From an uncultured delta proteobacterium (GTDB lineage Bacteria; Desulfobacterota; Desulfobacteria; Desulfobacterales; JAFDCJ01), in NCBI GenBank assembly GCA_963769935.1, contig CAVYNY010000022.1:160001-224000 (forward strand): a stretch of DNA of 64,000 nucleotides, read 5' to 3'. A program made the translations under genes and the position numbers. The notes beneath the pieces were generated by a model that was not told the origin of the DNA, ran no database searches, and saw nothing but the letters and a program-made list of their open reading frames with translations. The number at the start of each line of letters is the position of its first letter. The stretch's first letter is position 1. Below, piece by piece: positions 19,361 through 29,430 of this stretch.

Positions 19361-20509
19361 TTAATTATGATGCTGTGTATAACAGGAGGCGATAAGCTCC
19401 TTCAGTACTTCATACACTCTGACAAGACTTTTCAAACTTACCCATTCATCTACCGCGTGAGCCCCGTGGCCGATGGGGCCGTATAAAATAGAGGGTATGC
19501 CCGCCTGCGCGGCCAGCGCCGAATCCGCCCAGAAGGATAGTCCCACCGTTGCGGAGCGGGGTGAAGCCTTTTGTAAACGCTCTAAAATCCAGGCATCATC
19601 TGCTACGCTGAGCGGCCGCCTTACAAAATTCTCCCGCGCCTTTGCCTCATGCCGGCCGGGGTGATTCTTGACGGCTTGAAGGACCCGTTCCATTTCAAGG
19701 TTGAGATCCTGTTGCGATTCTCCCGGAAGGGTGCGCCGCTCCCACAGCAGGCGTGAATGGCTGGCAATAACACTCAGCTCGGTGCCGCCTTCGATGATAC
19801 TGACGTGCAGGCTGGCATAACCCAGCAAAGGATCGGGTTCGCGCGCATTCAGATCATGCTGGATCCTGTCCAGCTCTTCCAACGCAGAACGCAACGGCAA
19901 AATGGCATCGATGCCTTCCTCGGGGCGGCTGCCATGGGCGGCTTTGCCGTTTACTTCCAATTCATACCAATTGAAACCTTTGTGCTTTACCCCGATCTCT
20001 TCCTCGGTCGGTTCCAGAAAGATCGCGCCCAAAGGACGCGGTGAGACTGCCGAAAGCCATTTGTCGACCAGCCACTCCATTCCCGCACTTTTGTCTTCTT
20101 CATCGGCCACGAAGGTCAGATATACATCCAGGGGAGGCCGATGACGGATGAAGAAACCGGCCAGCAACAGCATGACGGCAATGCTGCCCTTCATATCATA
20201 GGTGCCGCGGCCGTAGAGTCTATCCTTTTCCTGCCGCAGCGTGAAGGGATCCGTCATGCCTTCGACACCGACGGTGTCAAGATGGCTGTTGAACAAGAGG
20301 GAGTTTCTTTGATTGGTTCCCGGTATACGGGCGATCACATTGGTTCGGCCGGGGACTATGGTCTGGATGTCGGTTTCGAGGTTCAAGCGCTGCAAATAGT
20401 GGAGGACAAATTTTGCAAGCTCCTCTTCACCGGGACCGCCTGAAAGAGTTGAATTGATGGAATTTATCCGAACCAGCCGGCTTAAAAGTGAGATCAATTG
20501 TTTTTCCAA
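19361..20509 (-). CDS. M20 ArgE/DapE-family deacylase
   Basis: NSHLDTV, LYGRGTYDMKG, ADEE, GKAAHGSRPEEGIDAI, GAHAVDEWV. Confidence 0.9.
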   Translation of the reverse strand: MEKQLISLLSRLVRINSINSTLSGGPGEEELAKFVLHYLQRLNLETDIQTIVPGRTNVIARIPGTNQRNSLLFNSHLDTVGVEGMTDPFTLRQEKDRLYGRGTYDMKGSIAVMLLLAGFFIRHRPPLDVYLTFVADEEDKSAGMEWLVDKWLSAVSPRPLGAIFLEPTEEEIGVKHKGFNWYELEVNGKAAHGSRPEEGIDAILPLRSALEELDRIQHDLNAREPDPLLGYASLHVSIIEGGTELSVIASHSRLLWERRTLPGESQQDLNLEMERVLQAVKNHPGRHEAKARENFVRRPLSVADDAWILERLQKASPRSATVGLSFWADSALAAQAGIPSILYGPIGHGAHAVDEWVSLKSLVRVYEVLKELIASCYTQHHN

Positions 20510-20623
20510 TGGATGTCGTCTCCTGGTGCGGATGGATTTTTGAGCTTACTTTTTGCAGAAGGATATTATATAGAGATTGAGACGATGTCAATCATAGGGG
20601 TTCAGAGGACAGAATGACAGATT

Positions 20624-21010
20624 ATGCCGGTAAAGATAGATAGTTTGCAGGTGCACACCGATGCAAGGGGGGTGGTCTTTGAACCGCTGGCGGCCGAAAG
20701 GATCGCAACGCAACGCAACGCCCATGTCGTCATCAGCCGGCCCGGAGTTGTTCGCGGCAACCACTGCCACCTGCAGGGAACTGAAACAATCGCTGTGGCG
20801 GGGCCGGCTCTGGTTCGAATCAGGGAGGACGGGAAATTGCGCGACATCGAGGTTCCCGATCAAAAAGTCTATCGGTTCATCTTTCCACCCCAGGTGTCCC
20901 ATGCAATTAAAAATACCGCTGATCGGCCGAATTTTCTGGTTGCCTTTAACACCTGCGCGCATGATCCGCAACATCCGGATACGATTCCTGATATACTGAT
21001 AAAAAGTTAA
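20624..21010 (+). CDS. Cupin protein (WxcM / sugar 3,4-ketoisomerase-like)
   Basis: HTDARG, PGVVRGNHCH, PPQVSHAIKN. Confidence 0.75.
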   Translation: MPVKIDSLQVHTDARGVVFEPLAAERIATQRNAHVVISRPGVVRGNHCHLQGTETIAVAGPALVRIREDGKLRDIEVPDQKVYRFIFPPQVSHAIKNTADRPNFLVAFNTCAHDPQHPDTIPDILIKS

Positions 21011-21505
21011 TCTAAGGCCGGCTGCCGATTGTGGGATCCTGTCTGTATTATTGCATCCAACATCTATGTTTAAAAAAGTGAAACTGGATGACTAACCTAC
21101 AGTTCCGTTTTTGAATAAAAAGCACCAAATAACAAATGACAAACAATATCCAAATTTCAAGCTCCGATGGCCCAAACAGATTGTGCCTTACAGCCAAGTG
21201 GTACCTCCGGTTTGAACACAGGCAGCGTGATGCATATCAGAGACAGTCGAATCGACTTGATTCACGGAAAGCTAATAGTTATTTCGAAATTGTTATTTTT
21301 TTAGATTTCCATGGGGCGCCTGGTACCCACCCGGCTGCAACAGGCACGGAACTGGAGCGGATAAAAATAGAAAAGAATTATTAAGTTTAGATAATTAATA
21401 CCGATAATACAAATTGACGGAAAAAATTGATCACACAAGCGTCGAAAAATGAGAGGCACCGAAAGCCGGTCAGGTAATTTTTTTTAAGGAGACCCATCGG
21501 ATAGC

Positions 21506-24448
21506 ATGCAACTGACACCATTTGACATCACCTATCGTTCTGCTGAGAAATTTTTTCAGGATTACCTCCAGCTCAAGGAGGGCAAGCTGTTTGTGCAGGC
21601 CGAAAATCCCGTGCCGAAAGATTCGCCGGTGGCCCTCAATTTTTTGGTGCCCCGCATCGATTATACCTTTCAACTGAACGGAATCGTATTGAAAACCCGC
21701 GGCCGCAAAATTGCGGAGCAGGTGGATAAACACCCGGGCATGCTGGTTGGTGTAAAAGATGATCTGGAAAAAATATTTGATAAATTAGACTTGAAACTGT
21801 TGGCCGACGAAAAATACCAGTTCCTGCTGGCACTTTGTGATACGTTGAAAGATTCCTGCTCCATCATCGCCTACGACAGCATCGATGAAGAGGCTGGGTC
21901 AAAGGAAGAGACCCCGTCGGACTCGGCATCAGAGCCGAACCCGGAATTGCCCACAACGGATCAAGGCGGGCCGAATTCGCGCACGCCGGCCGCAGTTGAA
22001 GCGCCAGCAGGAGGGCAATTGCAGTCTGAAGGTCTTGGGCAGGAAACTGAAAACAACTTTCCCCCTAAGACGACCGGGGCTGCCGCCGATGAGAAATCAG
22101 CAGCCGCGCTGGAGAAGCCGCCTGAACCCGATTCCGAACAAAAGCGCGCTGCGCTCCAATCGGATGAAACGTCCGGTGAAGAAGCATCCCAACTGAGCTT
22201 TGACTGGCTGCGTGAGGCCATTGCCCAGGAAGAGGCGGTCATTGAGGAAGCACCGCCGCCGGAGATCCAGGCTCCGCCGACCCAGGATAAAAAAAACCTC
22301 AGCCCGGAGGAGCGCGCTAAAGTAAAGCCGGTTGCAGAATTCATTATGGATCTGACAAAAGCCATGCTGCGCTCCGGCTATTATTCGCACGAACATCCCG
22401 GATCCCAGAAAGCCAAAAAGGGACTCTATGCGCAGTTTATAAAGAGCCTGGGGAAATCCTCGGAAATAATGATCACCAACGTGGAAACTCCCCAGAAAAA
22501 AGATATTTTAATCACGGGTATTCTGGATGAGCCGGTCAGCGTACGCACCCTGGTGGGAGCCGGCATGGCGGAGCTGTTTGTTCCCAAATTGACCGAGTTT
22601 TTTAACCGCAAGGGGTTGCTCAGCTTTGCCATCAAGAAGCAAATCACCGCCGCCCATTTCGAAAAGTACATCGACATTATGAGCGATCCCAGGGCGGATC
22701 ACGGCCGAAGCAAGAAAATGGGCGAGCTTTTATCCCGGGCCTTGGCGAAAAATGGAATTACGGAAATTTCCACCATTTTTATGGACGATATCATCGTTCT
22801 GGAGAAAAATCTGCCCTGGCGCGTTGAAATGGCCATCCAGCGACTGACGAAGGACTTAAAAATCCTGCCGATGTTTAAAAGTAAATCGGATGAAGCCATT
22901 CTCAACCTGAAGGTAAAAATCATCCATGACATCATCCGACCTTTGAAATATGGTGCCTACCTCAAAGAACTCCTGGTTAATTGCTATATTATAGCGCAGC
23001 ATGTTGATAATATAGAGTCTGAGGAAATAGAAGGGGTGATCATCGAGGGGATGCCGCCGAATTTGCTGCTGCCTACCGCGCACCACGTATTTGAAGATCT
23101 CAAGGACCTCAATAAATTAAAAGCTAAGGAAAAACCGAGTGCGGTCCTGCAGCGGCGGCATGAGGGGGTCAAACGCATCATTAAAACCTTGTCGCGCAGA
23201 CTGATTCAGCTGAAAGTAAAAGGCGCGCAAAGCTTTCTGGAGGGGCTGCACAACAGCAACGTATTGGCTTTCAACGAGCTGCCGTCCGATGTGCAATACC
23301 TGGTCAATACCATGAAAATAGTGCGCGATGTGAAGGCGCGTCTCAATATTTACATTAATTGGGTATTCCAGCGGTTGACCCCCATAGATGCAATCGTCAT
23401 GTTGAAATGCTTCCGCCGGGTGATACCGATCGTTCTTGAAGAACAGAATTGGATGGTGGCCTTCAAAATCACCCTGGCGGTCAACAAGGTCAAAAACGAA
23501 ACGGATCTGTATTCACCCAAAAATAACCTGCCGGCCAACCCGTTTTATTTTATATTCAAAGATGGGTCCGACATGTTATCCAACGCATACTTGACGGTAT
23601 CGACCACTTCACGCTTGGAGATTGATCAAATCGTTCGCCGGTTGGGCAGCAAGGGTCTGGATATTTTAAATCTGATTCTCATAAAAAGTGAAAATTCCGA
23701 TGTGCGGACCGATGCGATGGAGACCGTTGTGAGTATGGGTGAAAAAGCGCGCCTCTGGAGTTTAAATGTCCTCCATAAAAACGGCCAGGATGTCGGAACT
23801 CTGAAGAACGCGTTGGCGATTATGCGGGAGGTGGGCAAAGCAAATGCGGATACCGGATTGGTCAAAAAATATGCCGACCATGCCGATCCTCAGGTTCAGG
23901 AAGAATCCCTGCACACCCTCATCAGTTTCAATGCCGAGGATCTGGAATCGGTTATCATAAAGGCCTTGACCAATCCGGATGACAAACTGCGCTGGCGTGC
24001 GCTTACCGCTCTCGGTAAATTGAACAGTCTATCCCAGGAGGCGATCGCCCAGATCCTGCAGATCATAACTTCCGATCCCCCGGATGATGACCAGCAGACG
24101 TCAGCCCACTGCCGCAAAATTGCCCAACTGATTCAAGCACTAGGGGCTTTAGATAACTTTCCGGCTCTGGACCACCTCGAGGAAGCGATTCTCAAAGTCG
24201 TTCAGAAATCGGTTGACTCCGGCAAGGGACTGATCACCCGTTTGAAGCTGCAATACCCCACCCCAGATCAAACCACCATTCTGATCGCCGCCTTCGCTAC
24301 GCTCGGTAAAATTGGATCTGCGAAGTCCAACGATCAATTAGCGAAATTGGCCAAGGGCAAATCGGCCATCGCCCTCGAAGCTCAGAAGGCCATTAAACTA
24401 ATCGCGGCGCGCCATACGAGAACTGCAGCGGCTGGGGCTGCGCACTGA
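21506..24448 (+). CDS. Large protein: degenerate PilZ-like N-terminus, acidic Pro-rich linker, helical core, HEAT repeats
   Basis: N-terminal GKLFV...PVALNFLVP...LNGIV...PGM. C-terminal ALTNPDDKLRWRALTALGKL. Confidence 0.8.
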   Translation: MQLTPFDITYRSAEKFFQDYLQLKEGKLFVQAENPVPKDSPVALNFLVPRIDYTFQLNGIVLKTRGRKIAEQVDKHPGMLVGVKDDLEKIFDKLDLKLLADEKYQFLLALCDTLKDSCSIIAYDSIDEEAGSKEETPSDSASEPNPELPTTDQGGPNSRTPAAVEAPAGGQLQSEGLGQETENNFPPKTTGAAADEKSAAALEKPPEPDSEQKRAALQSDETSGEEASQLSFDWLREAIAQEEAVIEEAPPPEIQAPPTQDKKNLSPEERAKVKPVAEFIMDLTKAMLRSGYYSHEHPGSQKAKKGLYAQFIKSLGKSSEIMITNVETPQKKDILITGILDEPVSVRTLVGAGMAELFVPKLTEFFNRKGLLSFAIKKQITAAHFEKYIDIMSDPRADHGRSKKMGELLSRALAKNGITEISTIFMDDIIVLEKNLPWRVEMAIQRLTKDLKILPMFKSKSDEAILNLKVKIIHDIIRPLKYGAYLKELLVNCYIIAQHVDNIESEEIEGVIIEGMPPNLLLPTAHHVFEDLKDLNKLKAKEKPSAVLQRRHEGVKRIIKTLSRRLIQLKVKGAQSFLEGLHNSNVLAFNELPSDVQYLVNTMKIVRDVKARLNIYINWVFQRLTPIDAIVMLKCFRRVIPIVLEEQNWMVAFKITLAVNKVKNETDLYSPKNNLPANPFYFIFKDGSDMLSNAYLTVSTTSRLEIDQIVRRLGSKGLDILNLILIKSENSDVRTDAMETVVSMGEKARLWSLNVLHKNGQDVGTLKNALAIMREVGKANADTGLVKKYADHADPQVQEESLHTLISFNAEDLESVIIKALTNPDDKLRWRALTALGKLNSLSQEAIAQILQIITSDPPDDDQQTSAHCRKIAQLIQALGALDNFPALDHLEEAILKVVQKSVDSGKGLITRLKLQYPTPDQTTILIAAFATLGKIGSAKSNDQLAKLAKGKSAIALEAQKAIKLIAARHTRTAAAGAAH

Positions 24449-24456
24449 TGTGCTTA

Positions 24457-24480
24457 GGGCTCACTCAAAAATAATTTCAC
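24457..24480. repeat. Solo left end of the MITE at 28817
   Basis: GGGCTCACTCAAAAATAATTTCAC preceded by TTA. Confidence 0.65.
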
Positions 24481-24551
24481 TATTATAGTATCGTAAAAAA
24501 TTCCCCGGGTATTCTGCAATATTCATCTGCTTTCCGGCCAGGCGGCCGGTG

Positions 24552-24782
24552 TCAATTTTTATTGAAAGCAGCCGCTGACGGACCGCAATTGGTACACATT
24601 CCGGGTCCCGCTGCAGCCGGGAAACCGCCGGCATAGTCGTGAGATGCGCCGACTGAAAAACTTGACATCAGTTTTTTCACTTTGCCCTGACAGAGCGGAC
24701 ATTTTACCTGGGAATTATGGGAAGCGACCAGGAGGTCAAATTTATAGTCGCAGTGTTCACAGTTATATTCGTATAAAGGCAT
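24552..24782 (-). CDS. FmdB-family zinc ribbon protein
   Basis: MPLYEYNCEHC...CPLC...KKLMSSF. Confidence 0.9.
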   Translation of the reverse strand: MPLYEYNCEHCDYKFDLLVASHNSQVKCPLCQGKVKKLMSSFSVGASHDYAGGFPAAAGPGMCTNCGPSAAAFNKN

Positions 24783-24850
24783 GACCTTTTCTCCTATCTC
24801 GTACCAGAAATATTATTTTGGGCTTTTGATTGTGCCGTAATCGGCTGGGA

Positions 24851-25051
24851 TTATAAATTAGAATTTAAGATCTCATGCGTCCGTATGCAAGGGGTGTATT
24901 CGGCTGCATCAAAGGTGGACCCGATCGGATCCGGAAAAGAAAATTTCAGATTTCTCTCGGCCAGAAGCTTGCCCAGTTGGACGGCCGCACCGGCGTAGGC
25001 CGAATTTCGACCCGCCCTGGAACCGCAAAATAAGCAGATGCTTTTTTGCAT
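24851..25051 (-). pseudogene. LOG-family (TIGR00730-like) N-terminal fragment
   Basis: KSICLFCGSRAGRNSAYAGAAVQLGKLLAERNL, then similarity is lost before the YGG motif. Confidence 0.75.
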
Positions 25052-25084
25052 TTTTCAGAATGCCTCAAGCCATTTTATCAGTTT

Positions 25085-25834
25085 TCAGCCCAGTGCCGTA
25101 TCGCCGGCATCCACCAGGATCGTCTGTCCCGTGGTGGATTTCGCATCGGCTGCCAGATAAACGGCCGCGGCCGCTACATCTTCACGGTCTATTGTCTTTC
25201 CAAGGCGGGTGGGTTTTTGCAAATCCTGCAGGACTTCCGGCGCCCAGTTGACGAAGCCGGTGTCAACAAACCCCGGTGCGATGGCATTCACCCTGATTTC
25301 CGGCGCCAGCGCCCGGGCCAGGGCCTTGGTAATGCTGGAGAGCGCTGATTTGGCGGCGACATAAATCAGGGAGCTGCCGCGCGCCGTATATGCGGCAACG
25401 GAAGTGGTATTTATAATCGAGGCATCGCCGGTGGCTTTTAAATGCGGAACTGCGGCCCGGATGCAGTAAATAGGGCCTTTTACAATCACGCGCCAGGTAT
25501 TTTCCAGTACCTCCTCACTCAGAAGCTCCAATTCGTGATGCGGAATGAAACGGGTCCAACCGGCGTTGTTGATCAGCAGGTCAAGCCGACCCATGCGCTC
25601 CACCGACTGGGCGATCAATTGCCGGGCCTGCCGGTCATTGGCAACGTCGGCCCGGAGCGCCCAGGCGCGGCCCCCGGCCTCTTCGATCCGGCTGACAACT
25701 TCGTGAGCCTGCTTCTTTGATTTGCTGTAGTTGACCACCACGGCCGCACCTTCGCGGGCGAAGCGCAAGCACATCGCCCGGCCGATTCCGGTGCCGCCGC
25801 CGGTCACCACCACCGCTTTATCTTTGAATTTCAT
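25085..25834 (-). CDS. SDR-family oxidoreductase
   Basis: TGGGTGIG, NNAG, YVAAK. Confidence 0.92.
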   Translation of the reverse strand: MKFKDKAVVVTGGGTGIGRAMCLRFAREGAAVVVNYSKSKKQAHEVVSRIEEAGGRAWALRADVANDRQARQLIAQSVERMGRLDLLINNAGWTRFIPHHELELLSEEVLENTWRVIVKGPIYCIRAAVPHLKATGDASIINTTSVAAYTARGSSLIYVAAKSALSSITKALARALAPEIRVNAIAPGFVDTGFVNWAPEVLQDLQKPTRLGKTIDREDVAAAAVYLAADAKSTTGQTILVDAGDTALG

Positions 25835-25901
25835 TAGACCTCCTATTTACCCAACGCGGCAGCAACTGTTTAACGCTGAATGTGCAATTAATCAGGGCGG
25901 A

Positions 25902-26684
25902 TTAATTAGATTGTATGACGGTTCCGGAGCTGAATCGCCGACCGACCATATTCGACAGCGTATCCGGCCCCTGCCACTGGATGATATGAACCCGCGGTAC
26001 ATTATTGGCCAGCGCTTCGAAAGCGGATTCCATTTTGGCTACCATGCCGCCTTTGATGGTGCCGTCTGCGATCAGGGCCTGCGCCTGCTCAACAGTGAGG
26101 GCCGGCCGGATCTGCTCCCGGACCAAAACACCGGGGACATCCGTTATAAAAACCAGATCGGTGCAACGGGCCGCCGCGGCAAGGGCCGCGGCGGCGCTAT
26201 CGGCATTGACATTGTAGCTGGCCCCGTTTTCATCGGTGGAGATGGGGGAGATGATCGGCACCATTCCTGCTTTTAAAGCTTCCAGTACGATCCCGGGATT
26301 GACCTGCTTGATTTGGCCCACGTATCCCCAATTCAGCCCGCCGCGGGTTAACGGTTCGACAAGAAAAAGGTTTTCAGTTCTGCCCGACATCCTTTGGCAG
26401 GCAATGCCGTTGGCACTAATCCAGGCTGCAATCCGTTGGTTGATGGTTCCGGAGAGGACCTCCTCGACGATTTTTATATCTTCCGCCTGCGTCAGCCGGA
26501 TGCCGTCGATAAATTGGGTTTGCCGTCCGGCATCCTTAAGCGCCTGCGAGATTTCAGCACCGCCGCCATGCACGATGATAAGCTCCAGGTTCCGACTGGA
26601 TTTTACGGCCGTTGCCAGTTCTTTAAACCCCTGTTCTCCTTCAAACGCCCGGCCGCCGATTTTAACTAGGAGTCTTGAAGTCAT
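25902..26684 (-). CDS. argB: Acetylglutamate kinase
   Basis: LVKIGG, IVHGGG, YNVNAD, TDVPGV, GGMVAK. Confidence 0.92.
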   Translation of the reverse strand: MTSRLLVKIGGRAFEGEQGFKELATAVKSSRNLELIIVHGGGAEISQALKDAGRQTQFIDGIRLTQAEDIKIVEEVLSGTINQRIAAWISANGIACQRMSGRTENLFLVEPLTRGGLNWGYVGQIKQVNPGIVLEALKAGMVPIISPISTDENGASYNVNADSAAAALAAAARCTDLVFITDVPGVLVREQIRPALTVEQAQALIADGTIKGGMVAKMESAFEALANNVPRVHIIQWQGPDTLSNMVGRRFSSGTVIQSN

Positions 26685-26903
26685 TATTTATTCACACCAA
26701 TTTATGTTTTCTATAAAATAGACAGCCGTGTATTAACATTTTAGTTGTCTGTTGTTGATTAGGAGCTAGAAAAATCTATTATCCAATACACTAAGGGATG
26801 AAATCGCTGGCCTCTTAGTGAATCCTGCGACTGGCAACCTGCAGCAACCTGCAACTAACCACCTACAACCAACAACACACGCCATTGCACGTAAGCGCAA
26901 TGG

Positions 26904-28670
26904 CTACATGTTTTCCAGGACGTCCACCCCCAGCAGATTCAGCCCGTTTTTCAGCACCACGGCCGTTGCCTTGATCAACGCCAGCCGGGCTGCAATCAGC
27001 TGGTCGCTGCCCGCCTGCAGCACCGGGTGCTTGTTGTAAAACTGGCTAAACGTCTTGGCCGTGTTAAACATGTGCGCGGCAACTTTGGAAGGGTTGAGAT
27101 CCTCGACGGCCCCTTTAACCTCTTCGGGAAACTGGATCAGTTTCTGAAGCAGCTGGACTTCTTCACTGTTGCCCAGCAAGGAGAAATCCGGCTCAATCAG
27201 GGGCGTTTGATTGGGCTTGGCTTTTTCCAGAATACCACAGATCCTGGCATACGCATACTGGCAGTAGGGCCCGGTAAAGCCGTCAAATGAGATGGACTCG
27301 GCCGGATCGAAATTAATGCTCTGGGCGGGACGCACCCGCAGCAGATAGAATTTAATAGCGCCAACCCCTATTTTTTCAGCCCTGTCCCTGACTTCTTCCT
27401 CAGCAAGCCGACCGTCAGGGTCCCGCCGGCGGATTTCATCTGCTGCCAGGTTTATCATCGCGGCAACAAGATCATCGGCGTCGACGATCTTGCCTTCGCG
27501 GGACTTCATTTTGCCTTCCGGCAAATACACCATGCCGTAGGACAGGTGATAGCAGTTTGGCGCCCACGCATAGCCCAGAGCAGCCAGGATCGCAAACAGG
27601 CATTTGAAATGATACTCCTGCTCGCTGCCGACCACATAGATGGAATAGTCCAGGTTGTGATCGGTAATTTTCAAAACAGCGGTGCCGATGTCCTGGGTAA
27701 TGTACAGGGCGGTTTCGTCAGCGCGCAGCACTGTGACTCTCTTGGGCTCTCCATCCTTGTCGCGGCCGAATTCTTCTTCCGGCAGGAAAAACACAGTGTT
27801 GCCGCGCGGGTCCAGGGCGAACACCTTTTTCTCCAGACCCTTTTCGATGATGTCTTTGCCGAGCTTATAGGTGTCGGATTCATAGTAGAAGACATCGAAT
27901 ATCAACCCGAAGCGGCGGTAGGTTTCCGCAAAACCATCATACACCCAGCCGTTCATTGTCCGCCAAAGTTCAATGGTTTGCGGGTCGCCGGCTTCCCACT
28001 TTTGAAGCATTTGCTGGATTTCATTTTCGAGATTCGGATTCTTTTCGGCTTCCTGGGCGTAGCGTACGTAATATTTGCCGACAAAGTGGTCGCCCTTGAG
28101 GCCTTCCGATTCCGGGGTCGTGCCGTTGCCCCACCGCTGCCAGGCCAGCATGCTTTTGCAGATGTGAACCCCCCGGTCGTTGACCAGGTTGGCTTTGACC
28201 ACCCAGTGTCCGGTGGCTTGGTACATGTTGGCAACCGCCATGCCCAGTGCGCCGTTGCGCAGATGCCCCAGGTGCAGCGGCTTGTTGGTGTTGGGCGCCA
28301 GATACTCCACCATCGCGCGTTTGGCTTGACCGATGTCCGATGAACCGTAGGCGGCATCCCGGCTGATGATATGACGGCAAACATCACCAAAAAGCAAATC
28401 TTCCTTAATTTTAAGATTTATGTACGGGCCGGCAGCGCCGGCCTTTGCGATGACGTCATCGGGTTCGATATGCGCCACTATATTGGCAGCGATTTCAGCC
28501 GGCGATCTGTGAAACTGTTTTGCCAGGGGAAAACACCCGACGGCAAAATGCCCCATCTGCGTATCCGGCGGAAACCCGATTTCAAGTTGGTCTGCGGGAT
28601 GATCATAGGCTTTTTGGGCGGCCGCACTGATTTTATTCAGGATTGTTTGCTTGAGTCCGGTAACTGGCAT
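26904..28670 (-). CDS. argS: Arginine--tRNA ligase
   Basis: PNTNKPLHLGHLRN, GKMKSREG, GFTGPYCQYAYARI. Confidence 0.96.
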   Translation of the reverse strand: MPVTGLKQTILNKISAAAQKAYDHPADQLEIGFPPDTQMGHFAVGCFPLAKQFHRSPAEIAANIVAHIEPDDVIAKAGAAGPYINLKIKEDLLFGDVCRHIISRDAAYGSSDIGQAKRAMVEYLAPNTNKPLHLGHLRNGALGMAVANMYQATGHWVVKANLVNDRGVHICKSMLAWQRWGNGTTPESEGLKGDHFVGKYYVRYAQEAEKNPNLENEIQQMLQKWEAGDPQTIELWRTMNGWVYDGFAETYRRFGLIFDVFYYESDTYKLGKDIIEKGLEKKVFALDPRGNTVFFLPEEEFGRDKDGEPKRVTVLRADETALYITQDIGTAVLKITDHNLDYSIYVVGSEQEYHFKCLFAILAALGYAWAPNCYHLSYGMVYLPEGKMKSREGKIVDADDLVAAMINLAADEIRRRDPDGRLAEEEVRDRAEKIGVGAIKFYLLRVRPAQSINFDPAESISFDGFTGPYCQYAYARICGILEKAKPNQTPLIEPDFSLLGNSEEVQLLQKLIQFPEEVKGAVEDLNPSKVAAHMFNTAKTFSQFYNKHPVLQAGSDQLIAARLALIKATAVVLKNGLNLLGVDVLENM

Positions 28671-28816
28671 TAAATATTCCTTATAATGATCCTGCTGAGA
28701 TTTAGAAATTTAATTTATGACAGAAAAAAAATCTGCAATCAAGGAGAAACCTTACATGAAGCAGGCCTTGTGATTTAAACTCTCAATAGAATGAATTCGC
28801 AAAAATTGCAGACTAA

Positions 28817-28972
28817 GGGCTCACTCAAAAATAACTTCACATTTTATACGCCGATGCATCTCATGCGGCTGCGTTGCGAAAGCTCGGAATATCCAGATAT
28901 TCCTGCGTTTTCGCGCCTTGCCGCAAGAGCGCCTCAACGCTTAAAACTGTGAATTAATTTTTTCGTGAACCC
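28817..28972. mobile_element. 156-bp MITE with TAA target duplication
   Basis: TAA|GGGCTCACTCAAAAATAA...TTAATTTTTTCGTGAACCC|TAA. Confidence 0.75.
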
Positions 28973-28988
28973 TAAGTGAAGGCTATGT

Positions 28989-29203
28989 AAATTCCAAGCA
29001 CCAAAACTCAAATAACAAACAAATTCCAATGACCGAAATTCAAAATTTCAAACAACAGATCTTTCCACCGATTCGCCAAACGGCACTATCACCGGCAGTT
29101 AATGGTTTGTGAAGCGATGCGCTCCACCTACACTGAACGTTTTGTTCATTGAGTATTGGAATTTGCGATTTATTTGTAATTTGGTACTTGAGATTTGGGA
29201 TTT
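28989..29203. repeat. Long imperfect inverted repeat built from short units
   Basis: aaattccaagcaccaaa...caaac versus gttttg...tttggtacttgagatttgggattt. A related arm occurs near 21120-21180. Confidence 0.7.
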
Positions 29204-29305
29204 CATTTATCTATAGAACCTTCTGACGCAACTGGATTCAAAATTACCTTAACGGTACCCCACTTATATACACAAAGAGCACAACATACTGTGGTTATTC
29301 CGTGC

Positions 29306-29334
29306 TTGACACACAAAAATTAATTTGCCATAGT
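29306..29334 (+). promoter_or_regulatory. Sigma70-like promoter of pyrB
   Basis: TTGACA-17nt-CATAGT. Confidence 0.5.
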
Positions 29335-29430
29335 CCCCTGTCAACAAAGAAATTCATCTTTTACACCCGATCCGGGCAAGCCGGAATTGAAGATTGAAAA
29401 TGGCGAATTGAATTTTTTCAGGAGAAAAAA

